Assembly (NCBI GenBank): GCA_035654155.1
Contig: DASRXM010000016.1
Coordinates: 10,924 to 74,923 of the forward strand
DNA length: 64,000 bases
Reading direction: 5' to 3'
Source: Candidatus Babeliales bacterium
Lineage (GTDB): Bacteria > Vulcanimicrobiota > Vulcanimicrobiia > Vulcanimicrobiales > Vulcanimicrobiaceae
Below are positions 37,272-46,204 of the stretch, piece by piece (the first letter of the stretch is position 1; every line of letters starts with the position of its first letter). The notes under the pieces are model-generated. The model worked only from the letters and a program-made list of their open reading frames with translations, did no database searches and was not told the origin of the DNA. Position numbers and translations under genes: made by a program.

Positions 37272-37655
37272 CTACCGAGCGGGCACCGGAGCCGCTGCCG
37301 CGGCCGCAGCAACCTTTTTACGGCGACGCCGTTTGCGAACGGGGGGCTTTGCCGGCGGCTGCTCCGCTTGCGGGGGACCCTCGTGGGTCGCGCTTCCGTT
37401 CGGCCGGTTGACCGAAAGTATTGGGATATTTGCAAGCATGGCCAGCGTCCGGTCTTGCCGCTCGAACGTGACGTCGATGCGGTCCCGGTCGACCTCGACG
37501 TAGCGTGAGATCACGTCGACCAGCTCGCGCTTCATAGTTTCGATCATCTCCGGCGCGAGCTCGAGGTGATCGGTCATTAGCACGAGTCGCAATCGTTCCT
37601 TTGCCGTCGCGCTCGAGCCGGATTGGCCAAACAGCCGCTTGAGAAACTCGATCAT
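37272..37655 (-). CDS. minE: Cell-division topological specificity factor MinE, with a basic C-terminal extension
   Basis: The N-terminal ~90 aa are typical MinE (MIEFLKRLFG...SATAKERL.LVL..DH). About 40 extra residues follow (PPAKPPVRKRRRRKKVAAAAAAAPVPAR). ATGA overlap with the upstream minD. Confidence 0.9.
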   Translation of the reverse strand: MIEFLKRLFGQSGSSATAKERLRLVLMTDHLELAPEMIETMKRELVDVISRYVEVDRDRIDVTFERQDRTLAMLANIPILSVNRPNGSATHEGPPQAEQPPAKPPVRKRRRRKKVAAAAAAAPVPAR

Positions 37656-38578
37656 CGCCGCTTCCCTCCCAACAGCGATCCGAGCCGCTCGAACAGCGAA
37701 TCCTTTGCCGCGGCCGGCATGGGCGCGGGCACGTCCTCACCGGCGACCCGCGCCGCGATCGCGTGATACGCCGCACCGGTTGGGGTTGCCGCCTGCAGCG
37801 CGAGCGGCTCGCCGCGATTGGTCGTTACGATAATCTCGGGTTCGTCGGCGATCACGCCCAACAGCGGAAGCCGCAGAATTCCGTTCACGTCGTCGACCGA
37901 GAGCATCTTGCCTTTCTTTACTAAGTGGGGACGAAGCCGATTGATGACCAGCTGCGGCCGGAAACGGTTGCCGAGCAATCCGACGACGCGGTCGACGTCG
38001 CGCACCGCCGCCACTTCCGGCGTGCAGACGACGATCGCTTCGTCGGCGCCGGCGACGGCGTTTTTGAAGCCCAGTTCAATTCCAGCCGGGCTGTCGATCA
38101 GCACGTAATCGAAGCGCTCGCGCAGATTCGAGACCAGGGCCTGCATTTTGACGGTCTCGACATCGTCTTTCTCTCGCGCCTGCGCGGCGGCCAGCAAGGA
38201 GAGCCTCTCGGTGTGCTTGTCCGCAACGAGGGCATCCTCAACCGGAACGCGATCCTCGAGCACGTCGAGCAAGTGATGCCTGACGCGGTTCTCCAAGCCC
38301 AACACGATGTCCAAATTGCGCAAACCGACGTCGGCGTCCACCAGCACGACGCTCGCACCCCGATTTGCGAGCGCCGTGCCGAGGTTTGCGGTCGTCGTAG
38401 TCTTGCCGACGCCGCCTTTGCCCGACGTGATTACGATGGCGCGGCCGCCCTTCGCCTTTTGTCCTTCGACTACGCTCCCCTTCGACTCCACTTCGACTCG
38501 CTGCGCTCGCTCAGTGTCGCTCAAGGTCGTTCCGCTCAGGATGACACCGCTGTCGTCGTCTTCTTGCCGTTGATGCAC
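37652..38578 (-). CDS. minD: Septum-site-determining ATPase MinD, paralog 1 (possible N-terminal extension)
   Basis: Deviant Walker A SGKGGVGKTTTTANLG, DADVGLRNLD, DSPAGIE and a C-terminal amphipathic helix (SLFERLGSLLGGKRR). The GTG start at 38578 gives a ~45-aa acidic leader. The true start could be downstream. Confidence 0.88.
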   Translation of the reverse strand: MHQRQEDDDSGVILSGTTLSDTERAQRVEVESKGSVVEGQKAKGGRAIVITSGKGGVGKTTTTANLGTALANRGASVVLVDADVGLRNLDIVLGLENRVRHHLLDVLEDRVPVEDALVADKHTERLSLLAAAQAREKDDVETVKMQALVSNLRERFDYVLIDSPAGIELGFKNAVAGADEAIVVCTPEVAAVRDVDRVVGLLGNRFRPQLVINRLRPHLVKKGKMLSVDDVNGILRLPLLGVIADEPEIIVTTNRGEPLALQAATPTGAAYHAIAARVAGEDVPAPMPAAAKDSLFERLGSLLGGKRR

Positions 38579-38584
38579 GCTACG

Positions 38585-39376
38585 TTACCCCGCTTTCAAC
38601 GCGTCGAGAATGCGTCCGAAGAACGTTTGATTGTCGAAGGTCGTAAACGGAACGAGCTCGCCTTCGAGCCGGCGTGCGATCTTGTCGTAGATTGCGCGCA
38701 GCCGATTGGCGTCGTTCAAGACGATCGGCTCTCCGCGGTTGGTGGTGTCGATGATCTCCTCGTCGTCGGGCACGATCCCGAGCAGCTCGATCGAGAGCAC
38801 TTCGCAAACGTCCTCGACCGAGAGCATATCGCCGCTGCGCACCATCTCGGGGCGCAACCGGTTGACGATCAAACGAATCGGCTTGCCCGCGCCGGCGATC
38901 TTACCGACGACGCGGTCCGCATCCCGAATCGCGCTCACCTCGGGGGTGGTGACGACGATCGCTTCGCTTGCGCCCGCCACCGCATTTCGAAAGCCCGTTT
39001 CGATTCCCGCTGGCGAGTCGATCAGCACGTAATCGGCTTGTTCGGCCGCGCGATCTACGATTGCGGCGAACTGCTCGGCCGTGATCGCGTCTTTTTCGCG
39101 GGTCTGTGCCGCCGGCAGAATCGAGAGCGAATCGAAGCGCTTGTCTTTGATCAGCGCCTGACGAAGCTGGCAACGCCCTTCGGCGACCTCGACCAAATCG
39201 AAGACGATTCGTTTTTCGAGCCCAAGCACCAAGTCGAGATTGCGCAAGCCGATGTCGGCGTCGATCAGAATGACTTGCTTGCCGCGTTTGGCAAGGGTTG
39301 CACCGAGATTGGCGGTGGTGGTCGTCTTGCCGACGCCGCCCTTGCCCGAGGTGACCACGATTTTACGCGCGTTCAT
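38585..39376 (-). CDS. minD: Septum-site-determining ATPase MinD, paralog 2
   Basis: Trimmed to ATG 39376 (MNARKIVVTSGKGGVGKTTTTANLG), an ATGA overlap with minC. DADIGLRNLD, DSPAGIE, C-terminal amphipathic helix FFGRILDALKAG. Confidence 0.92.
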   Translation of the reverse strand: MNARKIVVTSGKGGVGKTTTTANLGATLAKRGKQVILIDADIGLRNLDLVLGLEKRIVFDLVEVAEGRCQLRQALIKDKRFDSLSILPAAQTREKDAITAEQFAAIVDRAAEQADYVLIDSPAGIETGFRNAVAGASEAIVVTTPEVSAIRDADRVVGKIAGAGKPIRLIVNRLRPEMVRSGDMLSVEDVCEVLSIELLGIVPDDEEIIDTTNRGEPIVLNDANRLRAIYDKIARRLEGELVPFTTFDNQTFFGRILDALKAG

Positions 39377-40236
39377 GAAAGCGACGACCTCGCGTCGTTG
39401 CACTCAGCCAAGCTGTTCAGCGGCAGGATCACGATCTGTCCGGCGCGCACCAGGGCTGCCTCGGGTCCCCTCCCGACGCTCGGGCGCGCGCTATCTTCGA
39501 CGGCAATGAAGGTGGCGATGCGCAGCTGGGTCGCTGCGAGATCGAGCGCGTAAATGTGCGCGGCTTCATCGCCCTGCGCGCCGGCGTGCGCGGTTCCCGC
39601 CAGCCTCCCGAAGACGAGAACGTCGCCGGTTGCAATCAACTCGGCGCCGGGATTGACGTCGCCGACCACGACGATGTTTCCGGTGTGATGCAAGGCTTGT
39701 CCGCCACGCAGGGTCGCGGCGTGATAGAGCGTAGTGGGTAACGCCTCAACCAGCCGCAGCTCGGGATGCGGACGCGGTTGCGTTTCGAACTTGGCACGCC
39801 GCACGCTTGCCTCGCCTCTTTTTCGGCGCTGCGCGATGTCGGTGCGAGCGCCGGCGAAATCGGCCACCAGCGACTGCGCCGACTCGGAAAGGCGGGTCGT
39901 AGCCGGGACTTCGAACTGCAGGCCCTCGGCCGCGGCGAGCGCCTCGAGGCCCTGGCCCGTGCCGCAAAGCGCTCGCAGCGTGATCCCGGCTTGAGAGAGC
40001 AGGCCGCGCAGCCGCGCGAGGTCCTGCGCCGCTGGTACCGTCGCGCCGAAACTGGCTACGGCGCGAGCCCCCTGATAAAAGCTCGGCTGGCGAGCAAGCC
40101 GAGCCTCCAGCTCGCCGAAAGCCTCCTCCAAATCGCGGCCGGAGAGCGTGACTTCAAGGCCGTCCAGCCTCCCTCGCAAGAGTGTCACGCTGCGCTGTGC
40201 GCGAAGAAAGCGTCGCAGTCCCTTCGCCATCCACAA
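39373..40236 (-). CDS. minC: Septum-site-determining protein MinC
   Basis: The C-terminal beta-helix region is typical of MinC (LRGGQ.L.H.GN.VVVGDVNPGAE.IA.GD..VFG.L.G.AHAG). The N-terminal domain is separated from it by a basic linker. Confidence 0.85.
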   Translation of the reverse strand: MWMAKGLRRFLRAQRSVTLLRGRLDGLEVTLSGRDLEEAFGELEARLARQPSFYQGARAVASFGATVPAAQDLARLRGLLSQAGITLRALCGTGQGLEALAAAEGLQFEVPATTRLSESAQSLVADFAGARTDIAQRRKRGEASVRRAKFETQPRPHPELRLVEALPTTLYHAATLRGGQALHHTGNIVVVGDVNPGAELIATGDVLVFGRLAGTAHAGAQGDEAAHIYALDLAATQLRIATFIAVEDSARPSVGRGPEAALVRAGQIVILPLNSLAECNDARSSLS

Positions 40237-40330
40237 AAGACTCGCAACTTCTTGACCTTCTCCACATATAATACACAGCGAGCCGGCGTAGCCTGGTTCG
40301 GTTAGTAACGCAAAGGAAGACTAAAGACGT

Positions 40331-42391
40331 ATGCTCCGCCGCACGGTTCCGGTCTTGACGATCATCTCGCTGCTTTGCGCCGTTTGCCCCGCGCGGGTCT
40401 CTGCCATGTCGACGCAGGCCGAGATCGCGATGGGGCAATCGTACGACCAACAGGTCGTCGCCGCCAGCGTGATCGAGACCGACCCATTGTTGAATGCTTA
40501 CGTTCAGGGCATTGCCGGCAACCTTTGGAATCAGGTCGCTCGCAAGGATCTACCCTATAACGTTAAGATCATCAAGGACGATCAGATCAATTCGTTTGCG
40601 ACCATGGGCGGATTCGTCTACATCAACGAAGGTCTGATCGATTTCGTGCAATCGGATGACGAGCTGGCCAGCGTCATCGGTCACGAAACCGGTCACATCG
40701 AGCGCAGGCACGTCATCTCGACCAATTCAAAAGCGCAGATCCTCGACATTCTCTTCGGAATCGCTTCGATGTTCTCGCCGATCATCTACGAGCTGGGCGG
40801 TTTAGCCGAAGCCGGCCTGATTGCCAAGATGGAGCGCGGTAACGAACTGCAGGCCGATCGCTACGGTCTGCAGCTGATGTCGCGCGCGGGCTACGACCCT
40901 GAATCGATGGTCACGATGATGGCGCACTTAGGCGTCTTGGAAGACGAGCACAACGATGCCGTTAGCAAATACCTCGAGGATCACCCCGATCCGGCAGCGC
41001 GCGTTTCGCATCTAATGGGATACCCCGAGCTCGATCCCAGCGTCGTAACGCCGGCCCAGGAACTGGTCCAAGCCTCGAGCGACGAGGAGCGCGCGCGATA
41101 CTCGTTTGCGCGCCTGCGGCTCGATCAGGTGCTCAAGGGCGACCCGAACAGTGCCGAGGCATTGCTCGAGTTAAGCCAATCCGAGCTCGCGCTCGGCTTA
41201 CCGAACAAAAGCGAGCAGACCCTCGCGGAGGCCGCGCAGCTCGGTTCGTCCGCGACGCGCGCGACTGCGAACCAACGGATCGCAGCGCTGCGCCAGATGG
41301 AGGTCCAAGAGGTCAGGCTGAGCCACGTGGATCCGCCGAATCTTCAGCAGGCGGTGACGTCCGCACAAGCGATGCATCTTCAAAACGCCACCGAGATTGC
41401 GGCCCGCGTTCAGGAAGGCAAGGACCAGCTCAAGTCGGTTCAAAGCCGTATCGAGACGCTGCAGTACGAGGTGCCCGATCTCAGCCGCATCAACATCCGC
41501 CGCGGCTCGCGAGTCGAAGCGATCGCAAAAAATTTGACCTCGATGGCGCGCTCGCTCAATAGCGCGATCCAGGATGCGGGCGGCAACTCCAGCCCGATTC
41601 AAGGCGTCGGATCGCTCGAACGAGACAAGGAGAGCGGTTTGCTCAAGGAGACGGCCGACATCTACGAAGAGATGCTTGGTCCGTTTGCGATGAAACCCGT
41701 TCCGACTGAATCGGTGGCCCTCTTTCCCGCGTATCCACAGATGATGGGCGAGCTGTCGCGCGCCGACGGCGAGATGCTGCGCTCCGTCGATGCGGCGCGC
41801 GCCGCCTTAACACAGGTCGATCAGTCGCTCGGTGACGTCGACGAATTTCTCAAGGAGCTCGACCACGCGTCGGTCGGATATGGCGGCGACGTCAGCCCCA
41901 ACGAGTATGCGACGCTCACCCCGATGATGCGCAAATGCGTAGACGAGCTCAATGCCGCCGCGACCTCCGCGTCGGAGGGCGCGCAGCTCTTCAATTTGGC
42001 TCGCTCGCGTCAGCTCTCCACTCGAATCACGCTGCTGGGTCTGGGCACGTCGCCGCAGCTTTATTCGACCTTGCAGTACGCGCTCCAACAACGCTTCGGA
42101 TCGAGCGGCATCGATTACCGCACGATGCTGCGCGACGGCCTAACTCCCGGCGACGTAGCCGCGGCCACCATTATCGCGGCCGATATCAAGAGCACTCCCG
42201 AGAGCGTCATCGCCGAAGCAAAGAGCTCCGGCCAAACTATCATCGACGTCGCCAACGCGCACAAGATGCACGCCTGGCCCTTGGAGATCTTCATGGGGCT
42301 CGTGTACCTCGACTACACCGACGACCCGATCAAAGAGCTGCGTAAAGCCGATGGCACGCTCGCCGTCGATCTCGACAAGCTCGGGCTGTAA
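40331..42391 (+). CDS. Secreted M48-family Zn metalloprotease with a long (~450 aa) helical C-terminal extension
   Basis: Signal peptide. HExxH (IGHETGHIERRH) and a downstream E (GNELQADRYG), as in the BepA/LoiP-like M48 group. I do not recognise the C-terminal part. Confidence 0.8.
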   Translation: MLRRTVPVLTIISLLCAVCPARVSAMSTQAEIAMGQSYDQQVVAASVIETDPLLNAYVQGIAGNLWNQVARKDLPYNVKIIKDDQINSFATMGGFVYINEGLIDFVQSDDELASVIGHETGHIERRHVISTNSKAQILDILFGIASMFSPIIYELGGLAEAGLIAKMERGNELQADRYGLQLMSRAGYDPESMVTMMAHLGVLEDEHNDAVSKYLEDHPDPAARVSHLMGYPELDPSVVTPAQELVQASSDEERARYSFARLRLDQVLKGDPNSAEALLELSQSELALGLPNKSEQTLAEAAQLGSSATRATANQRIAALRQMEVQEVRLSHVDPPNLQQAVTSAQAMHLQNATEIAARVQEGKDQLKSVQSRIETLQYEVPDLSRINIRRGSRVEAIAKNLTSMARSLNSAIQDAGGNSSPIQGVGSLERDKESGLLKETADIYEEMLGPFAMKPVPTESVALFPAYPQMMGELSRADGEMLRSVDAARAALTQVDQSLGDVDEFLKELDHASVGYGGDVSPNEYATLTPMMRKCVDELNAAATSASEGAQLFNLARSRQLSTRITLLGLGTSPQLYSTLQYALQQRFGSSGIDYRTMLRDGLTPGDVAAATIIAADIKSTPESVIAEAKSSGQTIIDVANAHKMHAWPLEIFMGLVYLDYTDDPIKELRKADGTLAVDLDKLGL

Positions 42392-42408
42392 GGAACCGGA
42401 GAGCGAGC

Positions 42409-43398
42409 ATGGCTGCAACCGCCGACGCGCGAAACATCTTCACCCTCGTTCGCAAGGGTATCGACGCGCGTTCGGTGCGCGCGCACGTCCGCAAGCCGTT
42501 CCGTTTCCTGCTTTGCGGCGATCCCGCGCTGGTCGCCGAGTTTCGCGCGCTGCTGCTCTCGGGACACGACGAGAGCGTTCCGCTGCAGGCCGCGGCGTGC
42601 TTGGAGACGATCCGCTCGCACTCGCCGCTCGTCACCAATCCCCAGGAAGCGCGAGCCGTCGTGTTCCTCGGACGGCCCGGCGATGCGGCAAGCGCCGATT
42701 TCGAGGCGCTGCGTGGCTTGCGCGTCCCGATTTTGGCCTTGACGGTCGACGCAGCAGCGGCGGCGTCCGGGCCGGTCACGCCGCCGGCGCCGGGGACCTG
42801 GGCCGAATACTTCACACCGGCAATTGCGCGCGAGCCGCTGCGCAGCCGCTTCTTTCCGCACCTGATCGATTGCACCGGCGGGGTGGAGATCGCCGTCGGA
42901 CGGCACTTGCCGGTGCTGCGCGAAACCGTCGCCGCAAAACTGACGCGCGACGCCGCTAACAACGCGTTCAAAGTCGCGCTGGCCAGCTCCGTCGTCGATC
43001 AAATCCCACTGCTCGGGGTCGTGCTGAGCCCGTTTGCGTCGGCCGGTGACATGGTTGCGATCACCGGCATTCAAGTAATGCTGATGCTGCATATCGACGC
43101 GGCCTACGGACGCGACCCCGACATGCAGCGCGCCTGGCAACTGCTTCCGGTGATCGGCGGCGGCTTCGGCTGGCGCACCCTGGCGCGCGAGCTCGTTGGT
43201 TTCGTTCCCGTGGCGGGTATTGCAATCAAAGGCGCGATCGCATACGCGGGCACCGTCGTCGTCGGAGAGGGCGTGACGTTTTTTCACGAGCACGGACGCG
43301 AGATGACGAAGGGTCAAGCCGCCGCGCTCTACGAGCATGCCAAAAGCGACGCGCTGCGCTTTGCCCGCGATTTGCTGGGCAAGCTGCGCAAAAAATAA
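42409..43398 (+). CDS. DUF697-like protein (C-terminal membrane-associated DUF697 region; N-terminal domain resembles a GTPase fold without a P-loop)
   Basis: The C-terminal IPLLGVVLSPFASAGDMVAITGIQVMLMLHIDAAYG...VPVAGIAIKGAIAYAGTVVVG pattern resembles DUF697/YcjF-type proteins. No GxxxxGK[ST] is visible. Confidence 0.45.
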   Translation: MAATADARNIFTLVRKGIDARSVRAHVRKPFRFLLCGDPALVAEFRALLLSGHDESVPLQAAACLETIRSHSPLVTNPQEARAVVFLGRPGDAASADFEALRGLRVPILALTVDAAAAASGPVTPPAPGTWAEYFTPAIAREPLRSRFFPHLIDCTGGVEIAVGRHLPVLRETVAAKLTRDAANNAFKVALASSVVDQIPLLGVVLSPFASAGDMVAITGIQVMLMLHIDAAYGRDPDMQRAWQLLPVIGGGFGWRTLARELVGFVPVAGIAIKGAIAYAGTVVVGEGVTFFHEHGREMTKGQAAALYEHAKSDALRFARDLLGKLRKK

Positions 43399-43406
43399 AG
43401 CTGCCC

Positions 43407-44495
43407 TTACAACCGCTCCAGTAGCGACTCGTCGTCCAAGCGGCGCAGCTCCTCGGGTACGCGCGCTCTGACCGGTTCGGCCAAGCGCGCTGCAATTTGG
43501 CGCCGCCGTTGCACCGCCAGCGATTCGCGGCGTTCGAGGAACCGTTTGATCAGCACGCGTTCTTCACCGGAGAGGTACGCGGTCGGCGCATAGGCCGGTT
43601 CGTCCGAAGGGGCTTCCAAGTCGAAGCCTTCGTGCCGTATGCGGACGTCGAAGTAGTAGACGCTCAGAACTATCGCCACGAACGGGATCAAGAGCGAGCG
43701 CGCGATCGCGTCGGCCGCCACGTACGCAGCGGTCCAACGAGCCAGAGCAAAAAAGGCCGCCTGCGCAAGAACCGATCCGGCAAAGACGATCGTGCCGACT
43801 GCCAGTGCGCAGAGCACCGTCCTTCCGAATTCGTTTCTATTGAATATCCGCGAAACCGTCGACCGCAGCGCCGCGCTCGCCGGCTGGTCTTCGACGACGA
43901 CGCCGAAGAATGCGCAGGTGCCGGCGACCAGCAGCATTACGATGCAAAACGTCATCGCGAACAGCAGGATCGTGGTGGCTACGAGCGTCAGCAGCGGAAG
44001 GACCGGCGCGAACAGCGCGCCCAGCACGAGTGGGATCGTGGCGATTAGAATCAACGCTACGTAGCAGACGAGCAGGACTGCGAGCGCGGCGATCAAGAGC
44101 TCGACGATCGGCACCAAACGGGCGAGTACGGCGGCGTAGCAAGCAGCCGGGAATACCGGCTCGGCGCGATAGATTCGCGCTACGCCTGCTCCGACCGCAC
44201 TGACCGCGACCGCCAATAAGAAGTACGAGAGCAGGACCGATACAAGCGTGATCGTCAGCGCACCCGGCGAATCCAACAGGGTGGGAGCGTGCGCGCCGTG
44301 CACCGGCTGCGGTTGCGACAAGCTGCGCAGCGTCGCTTCGATTTCGGGCTGGGCCGCGAGCGTGACGAAGTACTCCACCAACGCCAGCGGCACGACCGTG
44401 ACGAGAACGATAGCGAAGAACGCTCGGAAATTGCGCAGATACAGCAGGATCGCGCGGTTGAAGATTTCGCCGAGACTCAGCGGGCGCAGCTCCAT
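43407..44495 (-). CDS. Polytopic membrane protein of unknown function
   Basis: Trimmed to ATG 44495 (MELRPLSLGEIFNRAILLYLRNF...). The upstream part of the track ORF would run into the divergent MOSC gene. Six to eight TM segments and a charged C-terminal tail. Confidence 0.6.
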   Translation of the reverse strand: MELRPLSLGEIFNRAILLYLRNFRAFFAIVLVTVVPLALVEYFVTLAAQPEIEATLRSLSQPQPVHGAHAPTLLDSPGALTITLVSVLLSYFLLAVAVSAVGAGVARIYRAEPVFPAACYAAVLARLVPIVELLIAALAVLLVCYVALILIATIPLVLGALFAPVLPLLTLVATTILLFAMTFCIVMLLVAGTCAFFGVVVEDQPASAALRSTVSRIFNRNEFGRTVLCALAVGTIVFAGSVLAQAAFFALARWTAAYVAADAIARSLLIPFVAIVLSVYYFDVRIRHEGFDLEAPSDEPAYAPTAYLSGEERVLIKRFLERRESLAVQRRRQIAARLAEPVRARVPEELRRLDDESLLERL

Positions 44496-44543
44496 CGCGC
44501 GCGGCTTCGGGCCAGGTAATCCCGGCACCCCTACTGAAGGCGC

Positions 44544-45218
44544 GTGCTGATGCTCGTCGGTACGCTCGACGCCGTGCGCCGCTATCCCGTCAAGAGCCTG
44601 CGCGGCGAAGCGCTCGATCGCGTAGAGCTTGCTCCGGATGGTATTCCCGGCGACCGAGTTGCTGCGCTCGTCGTTCGAACGGGAAACGCCCGCGTCGGGA
44701 AGACGTATCGCGGAAAAGAAAACGACCGCCTCCATTTATTCAATCACGCGGAGACGGCTCAAGGTTGCGCGAGGACGCGAGGTGTCGAAGTCGAGTTACG
44801 CGGAGGCGATCGCTTCTTCGACGACGCTCCCATATCGTTGCTGGTCGATCGCTGGCTGGACGAACTCTCCGGTGCGGTCGGCTACGAGGTGCAGTGGGAA
44901 CGGTTCCGGCCGAACCTCTTCGTGCGCGCGTCCTCGGAGTTCGCGCAAACTGAAAGCGAACTCATCGGCGCGACGATGCTGTTGGGAACCGCGGTGCTTC
45001 GCGCCCGCTCGCCGATCGAGCGCTGTGTCACCGTGACCTACCATCCAAGCGGCGACGAAAGCGATCCGCGAATCCTGCGCTTCCTTGCGCAGCATCGCAA
45101 CACGTGGATGGGCGTGTACTGCGACGTGATGCAACCGGGCACGGTGGGCGTCGGCGACGCTCTGACGCTCCAAAGGAAAGAGGCGCCGCTTGACGGCGCC
45201 TCGGCCCACACCCGGTGA
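44544..45218 (+). CDS. MOSC-domain protein (with N-terminal beta-barrel domain)
   Basis: RYPVKSLRGE N-terminus, RFRPNLFV block and the conserved Cys (IERCVTVT). Confidence 0.78.
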   Translation: MLMLVGTLDAVRRYPVKSLRGEALDRVELAPDGIPGDRVAALVVRTGNARVGKTYRGKENDRLHLFNHAETAQGCARTRGVEVELRGGDRFFDDAPISLLVDRWLDELSGAVGYEVQWERFRPNLFVRASSEFAQTESELIGATMLLGTAVLRARSPIERCVTVTYHPSGDESDPRILRFLAQHRNTWMGVYCDVMQPGTVGVGDALTLQRKEAPLDGASAHTR

Positions 45219-45281
45219 TCGCAAGCGTACTAAAACGCCGGGCCGCGGCGCCTACCTAAATCCGACTAGACTGGAGATCTT

Positions 45282-45881
45282 TTACAGCGCGCGCCGGCCT
45301 TCCAAGGCCTTAGCGATGGTCATTTCGTCGGCGTAGTCGAGGTCGCCGCCGATCGGAAGGCCATAGGCCAGTCGGGTCACGGCCACGCCCAACGGAGCGA
45401 GCAGGCGGGCGAGGTAAAGCGCCGTCGCCTCGCCCTCGGCATTCGGATTCGTCGCCAAAATTATCTCGCTTGGGTGCTCGCGCCCGATTCGCTCGACGAG
45501 CTCTTTTACGTGGAGCTGCGCCGGGCCGATGCCGTCCATCGGTGAGATCAGCCCGCCCAACACGTGGTAGCGTCCTTTGAACGCGCCGGCCCGCTCGATT
45601 GCATAAACGTCCTTTGCTTCGGCGACGACGCAGATGGTAGCGGCGTCACGGCGGTCGTCGGTGCAAAACTCGCACGGGTCGCCTTCAGACAGGCAGTAGC
45701 AATTCGAACAGAAACGGACGTTGTCTTTGACGGCGAGGATGGCATCGGCAAGGCTTTGCGCTTCGTGGCGCGGCCGGTTCAACAGGTAAAAGACCAATCG
45801 GGCCGCCGTTTTGGGACCGATCGTCGGCAGTTTGCTGAGCTCGTTGATCAGCCGCGCGACGGGGCTCGCGACGGACGTCAC
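45282..45881 (-). CDS. recR: Recombination protein RecR
   Basis: HhH (LPTIGPKTAARL), a C4 zinc finger (C..C....C.FC) and a Toprim domain. Confidence 0.95.
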   Translation of the reverse strand: MTSVASPVARLINELSKLPTIGPKTAARLVFYLLNRPRHEAQSLADAILAVKDNVRFCSNCYCLSEGDPCEFCTDDRRDAATICVVAEAKDVYAIERAGAFKGRYHVLGGLISPMDGIGPAQLHVKELVERIGREHPSEIILATNPNAEGEATALYLARLLAPLGVAVTRLAYGLPIGGDLDYADEMTIAKALEGRRAL

Positions 45882-46186
45882 ATCAGTCCGGGAATGCGCA
45901 TGCCTCCCGTCACGGAAGCCATTCGTTTTTGAGAGGTCTGCGCCGCCTTTGCCAACGCGTCGTTGACCGCGACGGCGACGAGATCCTCAAGCGTCTCGAC
46001 GTCGTCGGGATCGACGGCTTCCTTGCCGATTTTCACCCGCTTGACGCGCTGATCGCAGCTTACGTCAACCGACACGGTTCCGCCGGCGGCGCTTCCGGAA
46101 ACGATCGTGTTTGCAAGCTCCTCTTGAGCCTTCTGCATTTCGGCTTGCATCTTTTTGAATTGTGCCATCAAATGGGCTTGATTCAT
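45878..46186 (-). CDS. ybaB: Nucleoid-associated protein YbaB/EbfC
   Basis: 102 aa. MQ....Q.EL......G.AGGG.V.V...G...V..V.I pattern. Lies in the canonical dnaX-ybaB-recR order. Confidence 0.9.
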   Translation of the reverse strand: MNQAHLMAQFKKMQAEMQKAQEELANTIVSGSAAGGTVSVDVSCDQRVKRVKIGKEAVDPDDVETLEDLVAVAVNDALAKAAQTSQKRMASVTGGMRIPGLM

Positions 46187-46204
46187 TGCCGAGACCTCGC
46201 AGCC

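Noticed and set aside
38585-39376. Second minD considered as an assembly artefact or collapsed repeat.
   Set aside because: The two copies differ at a large fraction of positions at both protein and DNA level. They also have different termini and intact junctions (an ATGA overlap with minC and a 6-nt gap to the next minD).
40252-40272. TTGACC ... TATAAT pair upstream of the M48 peptidase gene that looks like a sigma70 promoter.
   Set aside because: The two hexamers are only 9 nt apart instead of ~17. With a 17-nt spacer the -35 position reads gcaact. At most it is a lone -10-like element, and promoter consensus in this lineage is unknown.
45219-45281. Possible intrinsic terminator between the convergent MOSC gene and recR (cgccg-ggccg-cggcg).
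   Set aside because: The stem is only ~5 bp and no T-tract lies on either side. This is too weak to call.
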